In this document: one piece after another, positions 17,914-28,252 of the stretch
Layout of the letters: every line of letters begins with the position of its first letter
How positions within the stretch are numbered: the stretch's first letter is position 1
From: Patescibacteria group bacterium
GTDB lineage: Bacteria; Patescibacteriota; Patescibacteriia; UBA9934; GWF2-40-263
Length of the DNA: 64,000 bases
Direction: 5' to 3'
NCBI GenBank assembly: GCA_004297215.1
Contig: SCUM01000001.1
Span: 678,716 to 742,715 of the forward strand
The notes under the pieces: generated by a model
What the model saw: the letters and a program-made list of their open reading frames with translations, nothing else
Told to the model about the DNA's origin: nothing
Databases searched by the model: none
Translations under genes and position numbers: made by a program

Positions 17914-18828
17914 ATGACCCTGAACGTAATACTCCGCCAACCGCAGTTCAAAACTCATATGAGCATTGAAACACCTACTGGCTCTGATCCGAAAGAAAAC
18001 GCCGGCGCAGGCGCAAGCCTCGACGATGTGCTTTCCGGAAAGGAACACCCAGAGAGTCAATCACCAGACCCCAAGCCCAAGCCATCGGGCGACGGACACT
18101 CTGACAAGACGGGAGACGATGCCGGCAAAAAACCGGATGGTCAGCCCGCCGCCAACGCAGGCGCAAAAGGCGAAGACGGCAAACCCTCCAAGTACGCAAA
18201 TCTTGACGAGGCGAACAAGGCGTACGGCGAGCTTGAAAAAAAGCTCGGCGAGCATGCCAAAGAGCTCGGAGAACTCCGGACTCTGAAAGAGGAGCATGAG
18301 AAAGTCCAAGGCTTCCTCACTGCCCTCGACAAGGCGCTCGCTGCCAAACCGGAACTGGCTGAACAGCTGAAGGCGGCTCTCGCCGGAAGCTCGGCCGGAG
18401 AAGGCAAAGGCAAAGCAGGGGCGGACAAAGATGAGGACGACGACTCTGTCGAAGCGACCGTCAACAGAATTCTTGACGATCGCGAGACGAAAGCGAAAGT
18501 CAAATCCGGAATCGATGCGTGGATGGATTCGCACAAGGAAGAGCTCGAAGCCGAAGACGGCAAGCTCGGCCACACGATCCTCGACACCATCGAAAAGGAT
18601 AAGCTCCCATTCAATGCCAAAACTCTTCAGCTCGTCTATGACGCGCTGACCGGAGACAAAAAGGCAAAGAAGGCAGCCGAAGATGCGCTGAAAAAAGAGG
18701 AGATCGCCGATCTTGACCGCGAAAACGCCTCAGCCGTTGGGGACGGGGCACCGGCACCCAAAGGCAAAATCCCCGAAGGCGGATTTGATGCCTTCGTCAG
18801 CGGAATCGGAAATCCGAACCGCATGTAA
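17914..18828 (+). CDS. Capsid scaffolding protein (putative).
   Basis: Low-complexity, highly charged coiled-coil protein directly upstream of the major capsid candidate. AGGAG lies 10 nt upstream of the ATG at 17914. Confidence 0.5.
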   Translation: MTLNVILRQPQFKTHMSIETPTGSDPKENAGAGASLDDVLSGKEHPESQSPDPKPKPSGDGHSDKTGDDAGKKPDGQPAANAGAKGEDGKPSKYANLDEANKAYGELEKKLGEHAKELGELRTLKEEHEKVQGFLTALDKALAAKPELAEQLKAALAGSSAGEGKGKAGADKDEDDDSVEATVNRILDDRETKAKVKSGIDAWMDSHKEELEAEDGKLGHTILDTIEKDKLPFNAKTLQLVYDALTGDKKAKKAAEDALKKEEIADLDRENASAVGDGAPAPKGKIPEGGFDAFVSGIGNPNRM

Positions 18829-18875
18829 CAACCGAGTGCAGAGGCAATGCGCTCACAATCAACTGACAGTGAATT

Positions 18876-20102
18876 ATGGCTGAACCAACTCACATCATCG
18901 GGCAGCTTGACACCCTCAGCGTCGAACAGTCGACTCGCGTTCCTGATGTAGACGATAAAATCTTCATCTTGGAGCCGGGCGAAACTCCTTTGACTGCCTT
19001 CCTTACGCAGATCGGCAAGATCGCGGACGGCGGTGGCAAATTCAAAGGATCAGCGCTTCAGAAGGAAGTCACCTTCAACCCCGAGTTCAAGGAGTATGAA
19101 GATCAGTACGGCGGCGTATGGGCGCGCATCAACAATGGCGCCGGATACGCCACGGGCGATACGGCATTTGTCGTGGACACACCGGGCGCTGCGATCTTCA
19201 CCAAAGGCGATGTTGTAAAGAACACCCGCACGGGTGAAATTTACCGCGTCACTTCCGTGAACTACAGCACGAACACCATCACGGTGACTCGCGCACAGGG
19301 CTCTGTTGTGGCGACCGCTCTGGTCGACAACGACTGGCTGACCATCATCGGCACGGCGTCCGAAGAAGGCGCGGGCACGCTTCCGGCCAATCACACGCAG
19401 CTCGTTCCGGTCACGAACTACACGCAGATTTTCAAAACCTACGTGGAAGTATCGAAGACGCTCGACGCTTCAAAGACCTACCCGTCAATGAAGCCGGGCG
19501 AATACCGCCGGTTCCAGCGCGTGAAGAAGGCTATCGAGCACGCCAAGCTTATCGAGCGCGCCTACCTTTTTGGCGACAAAAAGGAAGTGGCAACGGGTCC
19601 CGACGGCGAACCGCTGCGCTACACAGGCGGCATCCTCGAAGCGATCACGGCTATAGGCAATGTCCAGGACGAAGCGAGCTCCGCCCTTACGGATACGGAA
19701 TTCCGCAACTTCCTCCGCGACTATGCCTTCAAGTACGGCTCCTCGGAGAAGCTGTTCCTCTGCGGCAACGCAATCCTCGCCTACATCGAGAGCTTTGCCA
19801 CCGGCAAGCTCCAGCTGACCCCAGACGACAAGACCTACGGCGTCATGGTGCGCAAGTACCAGTCTCCGTTCGGCATCTTGAATATCGTCCGCCACCCGAT
19901 GTTCGATCAGGAATACTCCGGTCTCGGAGTAGTCCTCGACATCACCACGGTCAAGCATCGTCCTTTGAACGGCCGCGATACCGGGCTCACGACCAACGTG
20001 CAGGCACCGGGCGACGATAAGTTCAAAGACGAGTATCTGACCGAAGCAGGTCTCCAAAGGGTCAACTTCGAAAAGAACGCGATCCTTAAGGGCGTTGTCT
20101 AG
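18876..20102 (+). CDS. Major capsid protein (putative).
   Basis: 408-aa ORF after the scaffold candidate. A strong hairpin follows downstream. Assigned by position and size. Confidence 0.55.
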   Translation: MAEPTHIIGQLDTLSVEQSTRVPDVDDKIFILEPGETPLTAFLTQIGKIADGGGKFKGSALQKEVTFNPEFKEYEDQYGGVWARINNGAGYATGDTAFVVDTPGAAIFTKGDVVKNTRTGEIYRVTSVNYSTNTITVTRAQGSVVATALVDNDWLTIIGTASEEGAGTLPANHTQLVPVTNYTQIFKTYVEVSKTLDASKTYPSMKPGEYRRFQRVKKAIEHAKLIERAYLFGDKKEVATGPDGEPLRYTGGILEAITAIGNVQDEASSALTDTEFRNFLRDYAFKYGSSEKLFLCGNAILAYIESFATGKLQLTPDDKTYGVMVRKYQSPFGILNIVRHPMFDQEYSGLGVVLDITTVKHRPLNGRDTGLTTNVQAPGDDKFKDEYLTEAGLQRVNFEKNAILKGVV

Positions 20103-20149
20103 CCGACTGGAGTGTGATCCCGACTCTCTTACTCAACGGGATACCAGAG

Positions 20150-20200
20150 CTTCTGCTTTGGCTTCCTGCCTCCTTTCGGGGGCAGAAGCGAGGGCAGAAA
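20150..20200 (+). terminator. Stem-loop CTTCTGC...GCAGAAG with an inner CTGCC/GGCAG pair downstream of the capsid gene.
   Basis: Direct reading of the inverted repeat followed by an A-rich tract. Confidence 0.35.
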
Positions 20201-20270
20201 AACGCCCTTAGGCCAGGCGCGCAACAGTCCTCGGAGGTCAAAACATAACAGCAATAACAACATCCCTCGT

Positions 20271-20699
20271 ATGGCAACATTCAGAACTCGCATCTATAAA
20301 TCAGGCGGCGGCTCGCTCCGCATCGTTGTGAAGCCGGGCATGCCCCAATTCGAAGGAGGCGTAAAAGTCGGCGACAAGCCGGGCGTCTACGCTGACTTCG
20401 TCGGCGGAGAGTTTGTCACCAAAGATAAAGAAGTGATCGAAAAACTCCGCTCCCTTCCCACCTTCGGCGTCGACTTCGTTGAAGTTACCGACGAAGACGA
20501 GAGGGCCGGAAAAAATGCCGGCAGCGAAAGCACTGATCAGGCCGGCAATGCCGGAGATGATCAGTCCGATCCGCGCGCAGAGCTTGAGAAGCTGACTAAA
20601 TCCCAGCTGCAGGAACTCGCGCAAGAGCGCGGAGTATCGCTCGATGCAAATCTCAAAAAGGCCGAGATCATCGACGCGCTTCTTAACGCACAAAAATAA
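20271..20699 (+). CDS. Hypothetical phage protein with a C-terminal SAP/Rho-N-like helix-extension-helix motif.
   Basis: 142 aa. C-terminus LTKSQLQELAQERGVSLDANLKKAEIIDALL. Confidence 0.5.
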   Translation: MATFRTRIYKSGGGSLRIVVKPGMPQFEGGVKVGDKPGVYADFVGGEFVTKDKEVIEKLRSLPTFGVDFVEVTDEDERAGKNAGSESTDQAGNAGDDQSDPRAELEKLTKSQLQELAQERGVSLDANLKKAEIIDALLNAQK

Positions 20700-20718
20700 G
20701 AAATCCCCCTGAAATTGT

Positions 20719-20964
20719 ATGAGCAAATCCAACATCAAAATTCGGGCGGCTCATCGCGTCATTGTTGACGGCACAACTTACGAGCAGGACGACTTCCTGC
20801 CCGAAGACATTGATGCGGAGACGCTTGAGCAGCTGAAGCTCTCTCATGCCGTGTATGAGCAGGAGATGAGCCACGGTGAAAAATCATCGCCCGCTTCGGC
20901 CGAGGCCAAGCCGGAAGAGGACGAGGAAACCGAGGCGCCGAAAAGGCGGACTCGAAAAAAATAG
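20719..20964 (+). CDS. Hypothetical acidic small phage protein.
   Basis: 81-aa ORF. Confidence 0.4.
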   Translation: MSKSNIKIRAAHRVIVDGTTYEQDDFLPEDIDAETLEQLKLSHAVYEQEMSHGEKSSPASAEAKPEEDEETEAPKRRTRKK

Positions 20965-20967
20965 CGT

Positions 20968-21744
20968 ATGCCTATCGTCTCAAACGATCTAAAAGAATAT
21001 AAATCTTCTGCATCGCAGTCATCGGGCGGTGCGATTTCGGGCACGCTGGTGACCGACAACGTCGACAACAACCTCTTCACTGACATAACCGGCGATGAGG
21101 CAGCTGCCGGCGGAACGGAATACCGAAAGATATTCCGCAAAAACGAGCACGGCTCGCTTGCATGGCAGAACGTGATCTCGTGGATACTCTCTCAGCCGAC
21201 CAACGCCGCGCTTTCATTCGGCTTCGGCATTGATCATGCTGACGACGCCGACGGCGCGCAGGGCAACATGACCAACTTCAGCGCAGCTGCTGTGGTGGCT
21301 CTTGTTTCCGACGGCGCCGACACTCGCCAAGCGACCATCGTCGGCGAAGACAGCACCGGCGCACGGCAGACCGAAAACGTAACGCTAAACGGCGCGACTG
21401 AAGTACTGTCATCCGGCACCTATGCAAAAGTCTATGCGGTCTATCTCGCATCTCTTGATGCTTCCCGCACAGTTACAGTCAAGCAGGGATCGGGCGGAAC
21501 AACCCGAGGAACCATCGGAACGAACAAAAAAATCTGCTTCCTGTGGCTCGGCAAAAAAGCATCCGGATCGATTATCGATGCCGAGGGCGGAAATGCTCCC
21601 GACAAAGCATCCGGCATGGAGCACGGCAACATAGCCGCAGCCGGAAACTTCGGCCTGTGGTACCGGCTGTCATGGCTTGCCGGCGCAGGCGCAGTCACCG
21701 CGAATTCCACGCAGGTGAAATCCGAAGGCGACACTGCAGCCTAA
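20968..21744 (+). CDS. Hypothetical structural protein.
   Basis: 258 aa, rich in G/S/T/A. In the structural operon. Confidence 0.5.
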   Translation: MPIVSNDLKEYKSSASQSSGGAISGTLVTDNVDNNLFTDITGDEAAAGGTEYRKIFRKNEHGSLAWQNVISWILSQPTNAALSFGFGIDHADDADGAQGNMTNFSAAAVVALVSDGADTRQATIVGEDSTGARQTENVTLNGATEVLSSGTYAKVYAVYLASLDASRTVTVKQGSGGTTRGTIGTNKKICFLWLGKKASGSIIDAEGGNAPDKASGMEHGNIAAAGNFGLWYRLSWLAGAGAVTANSTQVKSEGDTAA

Positions 21745-21780
21745 TACGCACGGGGCCGTGCGAAAAACCAATCCAAATTT

Positions 21781-21948
21781 ATGACCAAACCGCTTAGCAA
21801 AAAAGCACTCGAGCTTCTCAAAGAGCTGTTCTCCGAAATGTCCAACCTGCAGGTGCCTGCCGGCCTTGCCGAGCAGATCGTTGAAATCCGCAGCTGGACA
21901 AAAGAAGAACTGGCCAGAGCCGAGCGCGACAATCCAAGCGCAAAGTGA
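21781..21948 (+). CDS. Hypothetical 55-aa protein.
   Basis: ATG at 21781, TGA at 21946. Shorter than the ORF-track threshold. Confidence 0.3.
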   Translation: MTKPLSKKALELLKELFSEMSNLQVPAGLAEQIVEIRSWTKEELARAERDNPSAK

Positions 21949-21970
21949 GCGGTCATAGAACACTGAGGCT

Positions 21971-23770
21971 ATGGCGCTTGATGCAGTAAAAAATTTTGCA
22001 AAGGGCGCGGTCTCCCAGGGCTATGACTCGCTGGCAACCTCCATTGTTTTGGCCTCCGGGGACGGCGCACGATTTCCTGACCCGTCATCCGACGGTGAGT
22101 TTAATGTTGTCTGGTGGAATTCCACCGACTACGGCGACCCATCGGATGATCCCAATCGGGAGATTGTGCGTGTCACTGCACGGACTACGGATACGCTCAC
22201 AATCACGCGCGCGCAGGAAAGCACCAGCGCAGCGAACCACAACACCGCCGGCAAAACCTACAAAGTAGCGCTCGCGATGTCGGCGAAAATGATCGCCGAT
22301 CTGATTGCCGAACTGAACCTCCGCTTCAAGCAAGGCGGCAATGCTTTCGGCGCAGCAGCAGTTCTCGGAACGACCGACGACCAAGTCGTTCAGATACAGC
22401 ACAACGGCAGCATCCGCCTCGAGCTCAATGCAAGCGGTCTCAATCTTTACGCCCCGCGCACGATTTACACAGCCGGTGGCGACATTTGGTTTGGCGCGAC
22501 AACCGCGCACAACATCAAATTCAATACAAACAACTCCGAACGAGCGAGAATTGATTCTGCCGGCGATGTTAGCATCGGAACGACTTCGACAGGAGTCCGA
22601 TTGCGGGTGGTCGATAACGACGGAGGCGGAGTCCGCGGTACCTATACCACGACCATAATGCAGATACACGGCAAGGATGCTGACGCAAACCATCTGCTGA
22701 TTGATGCTGCAAACAACAATCCCTTTATCCTTTTCCGTCATTCAACAGGCACGTTCGCCTCTCCTGCCGCGACTGCAGGCAACAACTTTATTTCCGGCTT
22801 TGACTCTTATGCGCATGACGGCTCCGCATTTCAATGGGGCGCCCGATTTTTTGTGGCCGCTTCTTCCGGCGTTGCTTGGAGCGCTTCAAACCGAGGCACT
22901 GAACTTTGGTGCTATCTGTGCAATGTCAACACTACTTCGCCCGGGGTCAGATTGGTCATTAAAGGGAATGGAGAATTAACTTCCACTACCGGCACAACTA
23001 TCGCCGAGGGCTCCGGCGGACAGATAAACTCGGTCAGCACAAAAAACGCGATGTCTGGCGTCGGGGCTATCGTAAATTATGCCTACGCCGGCATCCACAA
23101 CGCGAACACCAACGGAGCGGGCGCCGGCATCGCTCTTACAGTTACCACTGCGTTCACAACCAACATTGCCGCTTCTCTTATCGGCTACCGCGTCGGCTCA
23201 AACGCCCAAGGGCGGCTCCTGATTTACACCAAACAGTCAACGACCGGCGGGGCTGCGCCAAACCTAGCGCTGGTTATTGATGAAAACCAGAAAGTTTTGA
23301 TTTCGGGCACAAACGGCACTGCTTCTGCCCGCCTTCACATCCAGGAACCGACACTCGGCAGCGAAGCGCACCGCATCGAAACAGTGGCAACCAATGACGA
23401 CGTGGCGGAGAAAGTGTATCAGGGACGCGCTGCGACGACTGATGCCACAGCGACAACCATCCTCACCCTCGCAACGATTACCGACTCGGTAAAGATGATT
23501 GAAATAAAAGTTGCAGCACGTCGAACCGGAGGCACCGGTGGCACTGCGGGGGACGGCGCGGGATATGCACGCGTTGCAACATTCAAAAACATTGCCGGCA
23601 CAGTAAGCCAAATAGGAAGCACACAGGACAACGCAACCCATGAAAGTCAGGCCGTATGGGATGTTTCTTTCAGCATCAGCGGGACGAATGTACTTGTGCA
23701 GGTTACCGGCGCAGCCGACAACAACATCACGTGGCACGCAACTGCTCGCGTCTACGAATTGAGCACATAA
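21971..23770 (+). CDS. Tail fibre or tail spike protein (putative).
   Basis: 599 aa, very rich in T/S/G/N/A with beta-helix-like composition. Confidence 0.55.
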   Translation: MALDAVKNFAKGAVSQGYDSLATSIVLASGDGARFPDPSSDGEFNVVWWNSTDYGDPSDDPNREIVRVTARTTDTLTITRAQESTSAANHNTAGKTYKVALAMSAKMIADLIAELNLRFKQGGNAFGAAAVLGTTDDQVVQIQHNGSIRLELNASGLNLYAPRTIYTAGGDIWFGATTAHNIKFNTNNSERARIDSAGDVSIGTTSTGVRLRVVDNDGGGVRGTYTTTIMQIHGKDADANHLLIDAANNNPFILFRHSTGTFASPAATAGNNFISGFDSYAHDGSAFQWGARFFVAASSGVAWSASNRGTELWCYLCNVNTTSPGVRLVIKGNGELTSTTGTTIAEGSGGQINSVSTKNAMSGVGAIVNYAYAGIHNANTNGAGAGIALTVTTAFTTNIAASLIGYRVGSNAQGRLLIYTKQSTTGGAAPNLALVIDENQKVLISGTNGTASARLHIQEPTLGSEAHRIETVATNDDVAEKVYQGRAATTDATATTILTLATITDSVKMIEIKVAARRTGGTGGTAGDGAGYARVATFKNIAGTVSQIGSTQDNATHESQAVWDVSFSISGTNVLVQVTGAADNNITWHATARVYELST

Positions 23771-23774
23771 ACCT

Positions 23775-25343
23775 ATGATTTACGGAACTCACGCATACGC
23801 AACAGCACCATACGCAGGAACTACACCGCAGAAAATATCCGTGGCTCGGATCATTGCCTATGTGCTCGATATTTTCGGATTGGCAGCGAAGCCGGCTACC
23901 TACCAGCTCGACATTTTCGCGCTGGCGAGCCGTGTGCTGACATACGCATGGGATCAATTCCAGCTGATCGCAAGAGAACTCGCTTATATCTTTGACCTCC
24001 GAGGACTTGCCAGCGTGGCTGTCTCATACATTCATGACATCTTTGCGCTGATCGGAAAAACCACCTCTTACGTCTGGGATATTTTCGGGCTCGCTGCGCG
24101 CACCGGATCATACCTATGGGATCAGGCAGCGCTCACTGCAAAAACGGTCGCGTATGTCTTTGGCATCAGCGCATTAGCTTCAAAGGCATACACCTATCTG
24201 CTCGACATCAATTCGCTGATTTACAAAATTACAGCGTATCTGCTCGACATTAAAAATCTCATCGCCAAAACGGCTTCCTATATCTGGGATCAGGCGACAC
24301 TGATCGCCAAAACTCTGACCTACATTCTCGGCATCAATGCGCTTGCGGAAAAAACTTATACCTACATTCTCGATATCCGGATACTGGCATCCCGCTTGAC
24401 GCAGTACGTGTTCGACATCATAGGCCCCGCAATCAAAACAACGGTCTATATGTGGGATCAGGCCCAGCTCGCAGCGCGCAGCATAACCTACCAATTCGGC
24501 ATCTTCCTGAACGCGCTGATGCAGAGAACGTACATCTTCGATCTGAAAGAATTGGCTGCAAAGCTGACCGCATATCTCTTCGACATGCAGCAGCTCGCGA
24601 CAAAAACATCAGCATACGTCTTTGACATGCTGAACCTCGCCGGAAAAACAATCGCGTACTTGTTCGATCAGACCATCCTCGCAGCAAAGCAGCTGGAGTA
24701 TCTGTTCGATATGCAGCAGCTGGCTGCGCGCGTCACCGCCTATGTGCTGGATATCCGGAACCTCGCGGCAAAAACAGTCTCGTACCTTCTCGACATTCAA
24801 AATCTCATTGCCCGGGTAACTGCATACATCTTCGATATCCGCACAATCGCGGGCAAAGCAGGAACTTATCTGTTTGACATCTTCTCAGTAGTCGACCGGA
24901 CGCTGACCTACCTGTTTGACATTCTGGCACTCGCTTCAAAGGCAGTGATTTATCTGCTGGATATTGAAAATACGATCGCAAAAATCCTGACCTATCGCTT
25001 CGAAATCAATGCCATCGTCTCGAGAATCCTGACCTACCGCTTCGACATTCTGATCACGATCGGCCGGATGTGGACATACCTGCTCGACATCTTCGGACTT
25101 GCCGGCAAAGCGATCCGGTATGTGTGGGATATTTTCAAAATTCCCGAGCCGATCAGAGTGGCAGTAGAGCTGCTGACGGCAAAATTCTCCGTGCTCCTCA
25201 TGACCGCGAAAAGCATCATCGGCCTACCAAGCTCAAAGACCGGGATACCTCTCTCAAATGCGAAATCCGGAATAGAGCTGAAGCAGTCAAAGAGCGAGGC
25301 CGCTCTGAAAAGCGCGAAAGAGGAGATAAAACTTAAACCTTAA
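23775..25343 (+). CDS. Fibrous protein built from about 30 tandem 14-residue repeats (consensus x-Y-[LVI]-[FWL]-D-[IQ]-x-x-L-A-x-[KR]-x-x).
   Basis: The repeat phase holds across about 430 aa with no frame slips. A non-repetitive 66-aa C-terminal tail follows. Confidence 0.7.
   Translation: MIYGTHAYATAPYAGTTPQKISVARIIAYVLDIFGLAAKPATYQLDIFALASRVLTYAWDQFQLIARELAYIFDLRGLASVAVSYIHDIFALIGKTTSYVWDIFGLAARTGSYLWDQAALTAKTVAYVFGISALASKAYTYLLDINSLIYKITAYLLDIKNLIAKTASYIWDQATLIAKTLTYILGINALAEKTYTYILDIRILASRLTQYVFDIIGPAIKTTVYMWDQAQLAARSITYQFGIFLNALMQRTYIFDLKELAAKLTAYLFDMQQLATKTSAYVFDMLNLAGKTIAYLFDQTILAAKQLEYLFDMQQLAARVTAYVLDIRNLAAKTVSYLLDIQNLIARVTAYIFDIRTIAGKAGTYLFDIFSVVDRTLTYLFDILALASKAVIYLLDIENTIAKILTYRFEINAIVSRILTYRFDILITIGRMWTYLLDIFGLAGKAIRYVWDIFKIPEPIRVAVELLTAKFSVLLMTAKSIIGLPSSKTGIPLSNAKSGIELKQSKSEAALKSAKEEIKLKP
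23853..25142 (+). repeat. Coding tandem repeat with a 42-nt period and about 30 degenerate copies.
   Basis: Read directly from the translated 14-aa periodicity. Confidence 0.8.
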
Positions 25344-25345
25344 AT

Positions 25346-25663
25346 ATGGCAACCATAAAAATTGTACAAAACGATACCCGCCCTCCGCTTGAATTTGATA
25401 TCACGCAGGACGGCAAGGCCGTAAATCTCACCGGCGCGACAGTCAAGTTTTACATGAAGAACGCAGATACTGGCGCAGTGAAAATCAACGGCGCAGCGTG
25501 CACGATCACCGATGCTGTAAAAGGCAAATGCCGATACAGCTGGCAGGCATCGGACACCAATACGGTCGGAACATACTCCGGAGAAGTTGAGGTAACCTTC
25601 CCCGACAGCTCGATCCACACGGGCTATAAGCAGATGATCATCGTCGTCCGCGACGACATATAA
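25346..25663 (+). CDS. BppU-N-like (Ig-like) small structural protein (putative).
   Basis: MATIKIVQNDTRPPLEFDITQDGKAVNLTGATVKFYMK resembles the baseplate upper protein N-terminal domain. Confidence 0.45.
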   Translation: MATIKIVQNDTRPPLEFDITQDGKAVNLTGATVKFYMKNADTGAVKINGAACTITDAVKGKCRYSWQASDTNTVGTYSGEVEVTFPDSSIHTGYKQMIIVVRDDI

Positions 25664-25667
25664 ACAT

Positions 25668-26300
25668 ATGACCAGAGGAGAAATTAAAACCGCAATAAAA
25701 AACCAGACCGACGACAGCTCGGTCGCCGATTCCATTCTCAATGAATGGGTGCAGGATGCAGACCGCGCCGTGCAGACATGGCGTCCGGAAAAAGACAGCG
25801 AGCAGACGTTTGATCACTGGGACTACCTGCTCGAAGAAAAGGCCTACGAAACCGAGGCGAACAATAACCGATTCACGCTGCCGGACAACTTTCGCTCGTT
25901 TATTGAATTCACAATTGCCGACGACGAAAAGCCGTATCGGCTGATCGACTATGGCCTCCGGAACCGCTACAGCGACCATGTCTGCTGGATAATCGGCAAG
26001 TACCTCTACATCAAAGCGACGCCGGCTGAAGGCGGAAAAACAGCAACGCTGCTCTTCGTCCATATCTCCGATGAATTTGCTGCAGATGCAGATGAGCCGG
26101 AAATTGAATCGCTGTATCACGGTGCGCACGTCGCCTTCGGCAAAGGCCGCTATTACAACCAGCAGGGCGACACCGAGCTCGAGCGCGAGAACATGGCCGA
26201 GTTTGAGCGCGTCATGCGCCGCAAATGGCGCGATCAGACGCAGGCCCGCATGCAAACCAATCCGGACACAGTCACCATTCCGCGCCAGCACATTGTCTAA
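25668..26300 (+). CDS. Hypothetical structural protein.
   Basis: 210-aa ORF in the tail region. Confidence 0.5.
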   Translation: MTRGEIKTAIKNQTDDSSVADSILNEWVQDADRAVQTWRPEKDSEQTFDHWDYLLEEKAYETEANNNRFTLPDNFRSFIEFTIADDEKPYRLIDYGLRNRYSDHVCWIIGKYLYIKATPAEGGKTATLLFVHISDEFAADADEPEIESLYHGAHVAFGKGRYYNQQGDTELERENMAEFERVMRRKWRDQTQARMQTNPDTVTIPRQHIV

Positions 26301-26306
26301 ACATCT

Positions 26307-28037
26307 ATGCCACTTCTGCGAAAAATTTGGAAACAATCGCGCTTCGACAAAGGACTCGGCAATCTGAATGCGCCGGGCATGTTTTGGTGGGCGCAAAACC
26401 TCGACTTTGAGTCGACCCCGCCGTATATCCGCGTGGCGCAGAAACTGCTCAAAGAAACTGACAGTGCTGCCGTTGCAACGCTTGCCGATATTTTCTGGAG
26501 CACGATATTCGACAGCACGAACTGGGCGATAAACATGCTCGACGGCAAAGTCTTCAAATTCAACTATCCGAGCTGGTCGGAAGTCCACGACAATGTGAAT
26601 GCGTGGGGCGGGCTCGGCCTTTTCGGCGACAGCCAAATAGACAACTTCACGGAGAAAGGCTTCCTCTACTATGCATCAAACGGATGGGCGGGACGATATC
26701 AGCGCGAAACTGACACGTGGACTGACTCATGGCAGAGCTTTGCGGTCTCAAATAACGCAGAGCTGTGCCCGATCACGAAGTTTCTGAAATTCATCTGCTT
26801 CGGAAACCAGCGCTATGTAGCGGCATGGGATACCGGAGCCAGCTCGTGGAACGCGACGCGCATCACGCTTCCGCTTGGATACAAAATCAAGTGGTTTGCT
26901 CCGCTCACCGACTACCTCGTAATCTGCGCCTACAGCAATGCCTACGGTGCCGCGCTGTTTTTCTGGGATGGCATATCCGCAACTTACAACCGCGTGCTCC
27001 AGCTTCCGAACCTGTCGGCTCCAGCCGGAGTAGTGGACAAGAACCGGCTCTACGTGATCACCGGCGACGGCTGGATCAATCTCTTCGACGGGTCCGGCCT
27101 CGTGAAACTCAACCGCTTCCCCGACATCGAGTCCGGAGACATCAATCTCTCCATCAACCCTGATGCCGTCAAAGTGCACAAGGGCGTCATTCTTATCGGC
27201 CTTCGGGCCCACGGCTTCAATATGGAGAAGCGCTACTATGCCGGCGGAATATGGTGCTTCAATCCGGACACCAACGCCCTCTACTTCCGGCATACGATGT
27301 CGCACGGCGGCATCACCAACATCAGCGGAACCGGCGTCATCACAATAGGAAGCATTATGCTTTCCGTAAATTCCGATCAATTCCGCGCGGCTTGGTACAA
27401 AGGCGGCGGATCGGGCGCTTATGTCATTGACGTAAACAACGACACCGGCTCCTTCAAGCCGTATGACTGGAACGCAATCATAGTCAGCCCGCTCTTCGAC
27501 GATGAGCCGTACCGGCGCAAGCGATTCATTCAGGAGGTGCTGAACTTTTGGAAGCCAATGCCGGAAACAAGCTTCGCCCGCTACGTGGTGAAATACAACA
27601 CCGAAGAGCGCTATCAAAAATACTCGGCATTTGCCACCGGAGGCGGATCAAATTACTTCACTCTCTCATTTATCCCGACTGCCTACTTCAAAGTCGGCTA
27701 CGAAGTCACAGTTGTCGCCGGAGGCGGCGCCGGACAAATCCGCCACATCACCAGCATCGACACCTCGCTTAACCGGGTATACGTGGACGAAACCCTGTAT
27801 GCAGGAGCCAACTATGCCAGCGACTCCTATCTTCTCGTGACGCCGTTTCTGAAGATCGGCACAATCAAAGGAAATGAGAGCCCGAGCGCTATCAACAAGC
27901 TGTTCCGCTTCAATGCCCGCGCAAAGAAAATTCAGATCAAAATAGAAATCTGGTCGCCGACCGGCTTCACCGGGCAGTGGGACTTAGGCATCTCCGACAT
28001 GAGCACGGTGTATGTGCCCGACCGGATTATAAAATAA
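26307..28037 (+). CDS. Hypothetical large structural protein (baseplate or receptor-binding candidate).
   Basis: 576 aa, rich in W/Y/G. Confidence 0.55.
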   Translation: MPLLRKIWKQSRFDKGLGNLNAPGMFWWAQNLDFESTPPYIRVAQKLLKETDSAAVATLADIFWSTIFDSTNWAINMLDGKVFKFNYPSWSEVHDNVNAWGGLGLFGDSQIDNFTEKGFLYYASNGWAGRYQRETDTWTDSWQSFAVSNNAELCPITKFLKFICFGNQRYVAAWDTGASSWNATRITLPLGYKIKWFAPLTDYLVICAYSNAYGAALFFWDGISATYNRVLQLPNLSAPAGVVDKNRLYVITGDGWINLFDGSGLVKLNRFPDIESGDINLSINPDAVKVHKGVILIGLRAHGFNMEKRYYAGGIWCFNPDTNALYFRHTMSHGGITNISGTGVITIGSIMLSVNSDQFRAAWYKGGGSGAYVIDVNNDTGSFKPYDWNAIIVSPLFDDEPYRRKRFIQEVLNFWKPMPETSFARYVVKYNTEERYQKYSAFATGGGSNYFTLSFIPTAYFKVGYEVTVVAGGGAGQIRHITSIDTSLNRVYVDETLYAGANYASDSYLLVTPFLKIGTIKGNESPSAINKLFRFNARAKKIQIKIEIWSPTGFTGQWDLGISDMSTVYVPDRIIK

Positions 28038-28049
28038 CCAAACACACAT

Positions 28050-28250
28050 ATGGCAACAGAAAAAAATTACACGCTTGAAAAAATCGACGAGCAGACCGCC
28101 CGCAAAACTGACACGCGGCAGTCTGTCACGATCGTAAATGTTGAGGATCTCCGCAGGCAGAAGGCCGAGCTTGAAAAGGAGATCGCAGACAGGCAGAAAA
28201 TGCTTGCTGAAATTGAGGAGATCATCACGGAATTCGACAAACTGAAATAG
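28050..28250 (+). CDS. Hypothetical small coiled-coil protein.
   Basis: 66-aa ORF. Confidence 0.4.
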   Translation: MATEKNYTLEKIDEQTARKTDTRQSVTIVNVEDLRRQKAELEKEIADRQKMLAEIEEIITEFDKLK

Positions 28251-28252
28251 CT

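Noticed and set aside
23853-25142. 42-nt tandem repeat array that a repeat finder might flag as CRISPR-like or as a slippage artefact.
   Set aside because: There is no repeat/spacer alternation. Every unit is degenerate at the nucleotide level but conserved in one reading frame, giving a continuous 14-aa protein repeat inside a 522-aa ORF. It is coding, not a CRISPR array.
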